A stretch of 64,000 nucleotides of DNA from a virus. A program made the translations under genes and the position numbers. Where the stretch lies: positions 28,206 to 92,205 of IMG/VR virus record IMGVR_UViG_3300007722_000005. One strand, 5' to 3'. Below the pieces are notes generated by a model, which worked only from the letters and a program-made list of their open reading frames with translations, ran no database searches and was not told the DNA's origin. Shown here one piece after another: positions 7,941 through 13,611 of the stretch. Position 1 is the first letter of the stretch, and every line of letters starts with the position of its first letter.

Positions 7941-8012
7941 CTCCATCTCCTGGGATCGAACCAGGGACCTAGCGATTAACAGTCGCTTGCACTACCGCTG
8001 TGCTAAGATGGA
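7941..8012 (-). tRNA. tRNA-Asn(GUU), no encoded CCA
   Basis: U1-A72, canonical cloverleaf. Confidence 0.9.
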
Positions 8013-8018
8013 ATAACT

Positions 8019-8113
8019 TGGCTCCGCAGAGAGGCTTCGAACCTCTATATTGCGCCTTTCGGCCTTTACGTCTCATTAACAGTGAGGTCTCTTACCAATT
8101 AGAGTACCGCGGA
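8019..8113 (-). tRNA. tRNA-Asn(GUU) with long variable arm
   Basis: U1-A72, CUGUUAA loop, about 24-nt V region with a GCC-GAAA-GGC hairpin. Confidence 0.82.
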
Positions 8114-8164
8114 ATAAATCTTTATAATTCATATATCTCGTTGGAAATACATCAATTATAACGA

Positions 8165-8243
8165 TGGTGGGAGCGCCGGGATTCGAACCCGAATCTATCA
8201 GATTAAAAGTCTGTTGTGTTAAATCCGTTGACACCACACTCCC
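8165..8243 (-). tRNA. tRNA-Lys(UUU)
   Basis: Cloverleaf with encoded CCA. Confidence 0.88.
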
Positions 8244-8313
8244 ATTTGTTTACTACGTTTACCATCTTTCGATTTTCGTTTCATATCAAGATCCTTTTTT
8301 GATAAATATTAAC

Positions 8314-8472
8314 ATGCAAAAACTACAAAATTTTAAAGCCTTCTTTCAGCGCAATAAAAAGCAGGCTGAAGCCGAACCCCACACTGGCCCCGATCGTCGG
8401 AAAGGACCACGTCGCACTGTGACGAAGATTAAAACAAACTATACCGCGTGGCATGATCGCCGTGCTGCATAA
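8314..8472 (+). CDS. small basic protein (52 aa), on the strand opposite the array
   Basis: MQKLQNF...GPDRRKGPRR...HDRRAA; fills a tRNA-free gap; ATAAATA upstream. Confidence 0.5.
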   Translation: MQKLQNFKAFFQRNKKQAEAEPHTGPDRRKGPRRTVTKIKTNYTAWHDRRAA

Positions 8473-8475
8473 TGC

Positions 8476-8556
8476 CAAGAGTGTCCTAGGCCACTAGACG
8501 ATCTCGCACACGCCAGTAGCGTGGGTCGAGTGGGATTTGAACCCACGTCTCTCTTG
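8476..8556 (-). ncRNA. circularly permuted tRNA-like module (YrlA/Y-RNA-like), copy A
   Basis: Order T-arm, loop-closed acceptor-like stem, D-arm; ends pair CAAGAG/CUCUUG. Confidence 0.55.
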
Positions 8557-8559
8557 TTC

Positions 8560-8635
8560 TGGCGCCGAGGACGGGGATTGAACCCGCCTGAGAATGATCG
8601 ACAGTCATCCTGTATCCCCAGATAGCTACCTCGGC
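8560..8635 (-). tRNA. tRNA-Asp(GUC)
   Basis: Cloverleaf, G73. Confidence 0.85.
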
Positions 8636-8666
8636 AAATATGGAGTTGCGTAAACGCAACATTGTT

Positions 8667-8794
8667 TGGGACGCGATGGTGAGGTTTTCACTCACGACGA
8701 TTTACAAGATCGCTATCAGCTTTACCCCTCATGGTTGTAACCCCACTACTCATAAAGCATTCCTGTGGACTCGGTCACCACAGCTTCACCGCGT
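8667..8794 (-). ncRNA. 8/5-type oversized tRNA-like RNA ending in CCA
   Basis: 8-bp acceptor, 6-bp D-stem, 6-bp stem closing a 28-nt loop, V-arm, 5-bp T-stem. Confidence 0.55.
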
Positions 8795-8795
8795 T

Positions 8796-8869
8796 TGGAG
8801 CACCTGCGCGGATTCGAACCGCGTTCAATAGTTTGGAAAACTATGTCCTCTCCCAGGAGCGACAGATGC
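8796..8869 (-). tRNA. tRNA-Gly(UCC)
   Basis: Cloverleaf, U73. Confidence 0.85.
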
Positions 8870-8903
8870 ATTAGTTGAATGTCGACTATTTATAATATTG
8901 TTT

Positions 8904-8978
8904 TGGCGGCCCTGCACGGAATCGAACCGCGTTGGCTGGTTTTGGAGACCAGTGCATCACCTTTCATGCTTCAGGGAC
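8904..8978 (-). tRNA. tRNA-Trp(CCA)
   Basis: CUGGU-CUCCAAA-ACCAG. Confidence 0.9.
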
Positions 8979-9146
8979 ATAATTTAATTTGAGCTAAGAC
9001 AAAAAGGACTCGAACCTTCGCTTTCGCCAGAACCAGTTGTGCACCTACGTCTATAAACGTTTCCACAACCTTCTCAGCAACATGCAAACCCTACATTATA
9101 TCAAATTCACACAACAATTATAGTTGCAAGTGTGAACCTCAAAACT

Positions 9147-9230
9147 TGGTGGTTGTGGTAGGATTCGAACCTACTCAGCTAGTGGGCCACTGATTTACAG
9201 TCAGCTTATCTCTCCAAGGAATGCACAACC
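9147..9230 (-). tRNA. tRNA-Tyr(GUA)
   Basis: Long V-arm, CUGUAAA loop. Confidence 0.88.
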
Positions 9231-9247
9231 ATTGTAATACGAAATCT

Positions 9248-9321
9248 TGGTGGTTCTAGAAGGTAACGATCCTTCGTCGCACGATTATCAGTCGTGTGCT
9301 CTACCTTTGAGCTACAGAACC
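9248..9321 (-). tRNA. tRNA-Ile(GAU), second copy
   Basis: Cloverleaf with encoded CCA. Confidence 0.9.
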
Positions 9322-9331
9322 TAAAAGGCGG

Positions 9332-9393
9332 GAGTGTCCTACCACTATACGATTACCCTCACGAGGGTAAGTGGAAATCGAATCCACGTCTCT
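9332..9393 (-). ncRNA. circularly permuted tRNA-like module (YrlA/Y-RNA-like), copy B
   Basis: T-arm GUGGA-UUCGAUU-UCCAC, hairpin UUACCCU-CGUG-AGGGUAA, then D-arm GUAUAGUGGUAGGAC. Confidence 0.6.
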
Positions 9394-9402
9394 TTCTTTA
9401 CT

Positions 9403-9477
9403 TGGCGGTCCCAAGGGGTAACGATCCCCTTCTTCGACAGTGACAGTGTCGTGTGCGTCCATGAACACTTTGGAACC
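9403..9477 (-). tRNA. tRNA-Asp(GUC), second copy
   Basis: Cloverleaf, G73. Confidence 0.88.
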
Positions 9478-9489
9478 GAATGCAATAAC

Positions 9490-9581
9490 TGGCGGAGAGC
9501 AGAGGAGTCGAACCCCATCCCCTTTCGGGGAACCTAGTTTTCAAGGCTAGTCGACACACCAACGCGTCTGCATTACTCTCC
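9490..9581 (-). tRNA. tRNA-Ser(UGA)
   Basis: Long V-arm, G73. Confidence 0.88.
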
Positions 9582-9589
9582 ATTAATAC

Positions 9590-9664
9590 TGGTGCACCCG
9601 AGGAGAATCGAACTCCCTTTCGCAGATTGAAAGTCTGCTGTCCTAACCGGTAGACGACGGATGC
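9590..9664 (-). tRNA. tRNA-Glu(UUC)
   Basis: Canonical cloverleaf. Confidence 0.93.
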
Positions 9665-9745
9665 ATAATTCGCAGGCGTATTCCGGAGCAGCTCACGCAA
9701 GGTGAGTGCCCATTGAGTCATCAACTCAACTTACGCCATTGATCT

Positions 9746-9820
9746 TGGTGGGCCCTGTGGGATTTTAACCCACATCGTCTCGGGTAAGAGCCGAGTGTAA
9801 TAACGTTATACGAAAGACCC
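9746..9820 (-). tRNA. tRNA-Lys(CUU)
   Basis: Cloverleaf with a deviant T-loop. Confidence 0.8.
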
Positions 9821-9826
9821 ATAATT

Positions 9827-9900
9827 TGGAGCGGGATAGGAGAATCGAACTCCTTTAACTAGTTTGGAAGACTAGGACACAACCAATATGCCAATCCCGC
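9827..9900 (-). tRNA. tRNA-Gly(UCC), second copy
   Basis: Canonical cloverleaf. Confidence 0.92.
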
Positions 9901-9906
9901 GTTGTT

Positions 9907-9981
9907 TGGTGGAGGCCGAGGAAATCGAATCCTTCTAGTCAGAATCCTTGCAAAGGATACCCGTAACCCATTACTGCCCCC
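9907..9981 (-). tRNA. tRNA-Ala(UGC), reduced D-arm
   Basis: G3-U70; AUCCU-UUGCA-AGGAU arm; short D region. Confidence 0.78.
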
Positions 9982-10195
9982 AATGTTCTTAATTAACAGC
10001 AATTTTGCAACTATCCAAAAATGCTTTCAATTAAGGAGTAGGCCGTCCCCACTCAGATCTCTTTTACTCTTCCTGTTTACGCCAGGAATTTCATCCAGAC
10101 CGCCGCCAAATTGGAGATGTTTAAAGTGCCTCCGCGAATCGCGTTTCCGTACACTTTACTTCAAAAGAACGATTACTTCTTTGTTACTAGATTGA

Positions 10196-10226
10196 CTATT
10201 ATCAACATTTTAAAACAAAAGTCAAC
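10196..10226 (-). promoter_or_regulatory. sigma70-like promoter for the tRNA array
   Basis: TTGACT-N16-GATAAT. Confidence 0.55.
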
Positions 10227-10253
10227 AGTTATTTTAAATCCTTGATTCTACAA

Positions 10254-10288
10254 CAAAAAACCCCAAGTCTTTCGATCTTGGGGTTCTT
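10254..10288 (-). terminator. intrinsic terminator (attenuator)
   Basis: AACCCCAAG-AUCGAAAGA-CUUGGGGUU followed by a U-run. Confidence 0.85.
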
Positions 10289-10311
10289 TTTAAAAGAGAT
10301 CTGATACTACC

Positions 10312-10422
10312 TTATCTCATAAGAACCCCGATCGCTTCATCACTACGGCCAAACCATGAGCAAATCCCTGGCGCATTATATGCGGCGGGTTGGCTTAATG
10401 TTTGTGGTAGTGTTTTATTCAT
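10312..10422 (-). CDS. leaderless 36-aa attenuator leader peptide
   Basis: MNKTLPQTLSQPAAYNAPGICSWFGRSDEAIGVLMR; ATG 7 nt after TATAAT; 3' end complementary to the terminator arm. Confidence 0.7.
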   Translation of the reverse strand: MNKTLPQTLSQPAAYNAPGICSWFGRSDEAIGVLMR

Positions 10423-10429
10423 ATGAAGC

Positions 10430-10458
10430 ATTATAGTACCTTTTGAAAGAAAAGTCAA
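10430..10458 (-). promoter_or_regulatory. near-consensus sigma70 promoter
   Basis: TTGACT-N17-TATAAT. Confidence 0.85.
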
Positions 10459-10514
10459 CATCTATATTATATATATGTAAAAGTTAATTTTTGACCACTT
10501 TTGAACAAAAATAT

Positions 10515-10967
10515 TTAAAAGGTTTGATATTCGTCGGAAAACCACTTCTTGAAGTCGCCGTATAAATGTGCTTCAAGGTGTTCCGCTTCTTTTTCCCAGG
10601 GGCGATCGCGGTAATGGTCATCTTCCTGCAGCGACACACTAACACGGCGAGCTTTCCACATTGTGTGACATATTGATAATTCGCGCTTCGCATATTGTTT
10701 GACGTGGACCATCTCGTGGGACAACGCCAATATGGGATCAATCGTCTTCTTGTTAATGTTAATTGTAAACTTTCGTGGCTTATCGTTAATAATCGACGAC
10801 GGGTAGCACTCTGCATAACAGCCATTTTCGATTGCTCGGAAGTTAATGGTCACCGTTAGTTTACGAGAAAGATTCACATGCATCAATTGTCCGGAATAGA
10901 ATTTGATTGCTTCACCAACTTCAAATTTCAACTTATCATCACGACAGTTGCGGATTATGAACTTCAT
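10515..10967 (-). CDS. zincin metallopeptidase-like protein
   Basis: HEMVHVKQ (HExxH) and PWEKEA motifs. Confidence 0.8.
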   Translation of the reverse strand: MKFIIRNCRDDKLKFEVGEAIKFYSGQLMHVNLSRKLTVTINFRAIENGCYAECYPSSIINDKPRKFTININKKTIDPILALSHEMVHVKQYAKRELSICHTMWKARRVSVSLQEDDHYRDRPWEKEAEHLEAHLYGDFKKWFSDEYQTF

Positions 10968-10975
10968 CGTTCCTC

Positions 10976-11161
10976 CTAGTTTGGTTCGTCGTCTTGTTTG
11001 TCAGGTGCACCAGTCAACAAGACGTCCAACTGATGAGGAATGCTAATGACATCTAGCATCCAAATAAAAATATGGGATGTAGTCGTCATAACAAAAGCGA
11101 CGGGTGCCAGTAGTATAATACACAGTAACCAATAAGCAAATGCTATGATTGTAGACATCAT
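10976..11161 (-). CDS. small membrane protein
   Basis: Hydrophobic; TAATG-coupled to gp41. Confidence 0.5.
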   Translation of the reverse strand: MMSTIIAFAYWLLCIILLAPVAFVMTTTSHIFIWMLDVISIPHQLDVLLTGAPDKQDDEPN

Positions 11162-12543
11162 TAATTGAAGCTTTCGAATTTCGACGGATCAGATTTACCT
11201 AACCTTTTTCCGGTCGGGGATTTATCGAATGCCGGGCTGTCGTCCACAATATCCTCTTGGGCAGACTGCTCGACGTTGTACAATCTCATCTTCGACTTAT
11301 CAACACCAAGCACAAAACGCCTGTTCCTTGAAATGTCGTTGTAGCGGTTCTTCAATTGCTTGCAAAGAATTTGATTCATTTCAGCTAATTCTTCTGTAGT
11401 AATCAGAGCGAGCATCAAATCTGCTGTTGCAGGAAGGCCAAAACTTTCGCTTGTATCTTCTAAACCAACGTCAGTGTTTGAAAAACCTGATCGTGTTGTT
11501 TGTGTTGCAGAGATGAGTGGTACATCAAGTTCAATCGCGAGTCCACGCAATTCTTCCGCAATAGCTTTCACGTAAAGATATGAGTTAACGTTGGCACCAA
11601 ATTTCAATCTTGCTGATTTACATATATTTAGGTAATCGACAATAACGACGCGCGGTTTAAACTTCCTTTTTAGCTTTAACTCGCTGATTAAGTACCGGAA
11701 ATTATTTGCGTCCGCCGCGCCCGTAGGATACTCCTTAATAATCAAGCGGCCAGTCGTTTTCTCCCGCACACGTGCCATTTTCTTTGTGTACACGGCGTGT
11801 GGGAGCATTATTAATTCATCAAGTGACACGTTTAATAGATTCGCGTCAATCCGCTCGGCAATTTTCTCCTCAGACATTTCAAGTGTAATATACAGAACAT
11901 CCATTCCTATCGAGAGATAATGGGATGCAAAGTGGCACATCGCTAACGATTTACCAACACCTGTACCAGCTAAAATTATATTGAGAGTTTTGTTTGACAG
12001 ACCACCTTTTGTTATTTTATTTAAGAACTCTAGATCAAAAGGAATTTTATCTTCAACACGGTGGTAGAATTCATAACGCTCTTCACTATCACCAATAAAA
12101 TCGTGACCAATGTGGTTATCGAATGACACTGCCAACGCGGTCGATAGCAAATCCGGAATAGACCCCTTGTCGAGTTGTTTATCAGAACCATCCAAAATTT
12201 TAATCGAGGACATGACAGCATTATAGATTGCTTTATCTTGACAGAATTTTTCTGTCTCCGCCACAAGCCAATCAACGTTGTCGTCAACATTTTCTGTCAG
12301 ACTTTTAACGAGCTCAACAATATCTGAATGTTGGTCATCCGAGATGCCTTTGATTTTGTCCGCTTCAAGAAGCAGCACGTCCGGCGTTACTATACGGTTG
12401 TATTTTGTAAAGTGCTCATACACAATCTTATAAAGATGGCGTTCCGTGTCTCCAGAGAAATATGACTCCTTGAGAAACGGAAGAACCTTCCTCGCATATT
12501 CATCGTTATATGCGATATTTTTTATGATCAGCTGATCAAGCAT
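11161..12543 (-). CDS. 41: replicative DNA helicase (T4 gp41-like)
   Basis: AGTGVGKS Walker A, TLEMSEEKI, VDYLNI, ATQTTRSG. Confidence 0.97.
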   Translation of the reverse strand: MLDQLIIKNIAYNDEYARKVLPFLKESYFSGDTERHLYKIVYEHFTKYNRIVTPDVLLLEADKIKGISDDQHSDIVELVKSLTENVDDNVDWLVAETEKFCQDKAIYNAVMSSIKILDGSDKQLDKGSIPDLLSTALAVSFDNHIGHDFIGDSEERYEFYHRVEDKIPFDLEFLNKITKGGLSNKTLNIILAGTGVGKSLAMCHFASHYLSIGMDVLYITLEMSEEKIAERIDANLLNVSLDELIMLPHAVYTKKMARVREKTTGRLIIKEYPTGAADANNFRYLISELKLKRKFKPRVVIVDYLNICKSARLKFGANVNSYLYVKAIAEELRGLAIELDVPLISATQTTRSGFSNTDVGLEDTSESFGLPATADLMLALITTEELAEMNQILCKQLKNRYNDISRNRRFVLGVDKSKMRLYNVEQSAQEDIVDDSPAFDKSPTGKRLGKSDPSKFESFN

Positions 12544-13591
12544 TCACTTCTCCCATTAGGTTACCGCTTGATATCTTGTAGTGCTCGTTAATGGCTTTTT
12601 CAAAGTCTGCGTTTGCTAAAAGATCAACCCAAAAAGATTTATTGCTCGTTTGCTTTTCTGAAAACGTTTCTTCTGAAACTGTACCCGTCTCTTTATCAAC
12701 GAGAGCGTATGTTCCTTTTGATATCTTTGTGATGAATTTCGTTTCAACAGCAATATCAAACAATCCTGACCACTCAGCAATACCACCTTCGAACATAACC
12801 TGCACTGGAATCTTTGACTTCTCACGAACGTATCGTGATTTTTCTACATTGATTATGAAGTTATACCCCGCCAATTCGTCTTTCTCTTTCTCCTGTTGTC
12901 GACCAATAATAAAGATATTGTCCGCGGAGTAGTAGCTTCCTGTTCCTCCACCAACAACGTCCTTTGAAAACATCTCCAAAGTTTTGTATGTGTGATTGAC
13001 GGCTACCATTGGAATATTCTTCAAGTTGAGGTGGGGAGTTACCATTCGAAACAAGCTCTTGATTTGTTTTGCTCTCGTCATATCAGCAACAGATTTTTGT
13101 TCCAACGAATCCTCAATCTCTTTTTTCGAAGCGAGATTCCCAATTGAATCGATTGCGATGAATACCTTGTCGCCACGTTCGATGTGCTCAAGTTGCGTCA
13201 TAACATCGAACTTCAATTTCTCTACGTCAGTAATAGGTGTGTGTACTACACGAGATTTATCAATACCGAGTGCATCAAAGTAGCTGATTGGAGTACCAAA
13301 TTCTGAATCATAAAACAACAGAGCAGCATCTTTGTACTGATCCATATATGCTTTTGCCAAAATCAACGTGAACATGGTTTTAAAGTGTTTCGACGGACCA
13401 GCAAACATTGTTAGCCCTGGAGTGAGCCCGCCTTTCAAGCTTCCCGAAAGGGCAATGTTGAGAACGGGGATGCGTGTCGAAATCATATCCTTTTCGGAAA
13501 AAAGTTTCGATTCCATCAACGTGTCTGTCAATCCAATAGTTGTATGCTCACGTAGTTTATCAACAAGACTGTTTCCTTTTGCTTTTGCCAT
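12536..13591 (-). CDS. uvsX: RecA-like recombinase UvsX
   Basis: GPSKHFKT, YDSEFG, IDSIGNLAS. Confidence 0.97.
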   Translation of the reverse strand: MAKAKGNSLVDKLREHTTIGLTDTLMESKLFSEKDMISTRIPVLNIALSGSLKGGLTPGLTMFAGPSKHFKTMFTLILAKAYMDQYKDAALLFYDSEFGTPISYFDALGIDKSRVVHTPITDVEKLKFDVMTQLEHIERGDKVFIAIDSIGNLASKKEIEDSLEQKSVADMTRAKQIKSLFRMVTPHLNLKNIPMVAVNHTYKTLEMFSKDVVGGGTGSYYSADNIFIIGRQQEKEKDELAGYNFIINVEKSRYVREKSKIPVQVMFEGGIAEWSGLFDIAVETKFITKISKGTYALVDKETGTVSEETFSEKQTSNKSFWVDLLANADFEKAINEHYKISSGNLMGEVNA

Positions 13592-13611
13592 AAACGGTTC
13601 CCTTTTTTATA

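Noticed and set aside
8667-8794. tRNA-Sec
   Set aside because: The architecture is similar but there is no UCA anticodon loop and no G73
8990-9079. Further tRNA-like element (GCUGAGA/UCUUAGC stem plus a T-loop)
   Set aside because: No CCA, D-arm or anticodon loop; too weak to call, possibly a remnant
3763-10195. Many 60-140 aa ORFs listed across the tRNA array
   Set aside because: They are translations of tRNA genes or of their antisense strand
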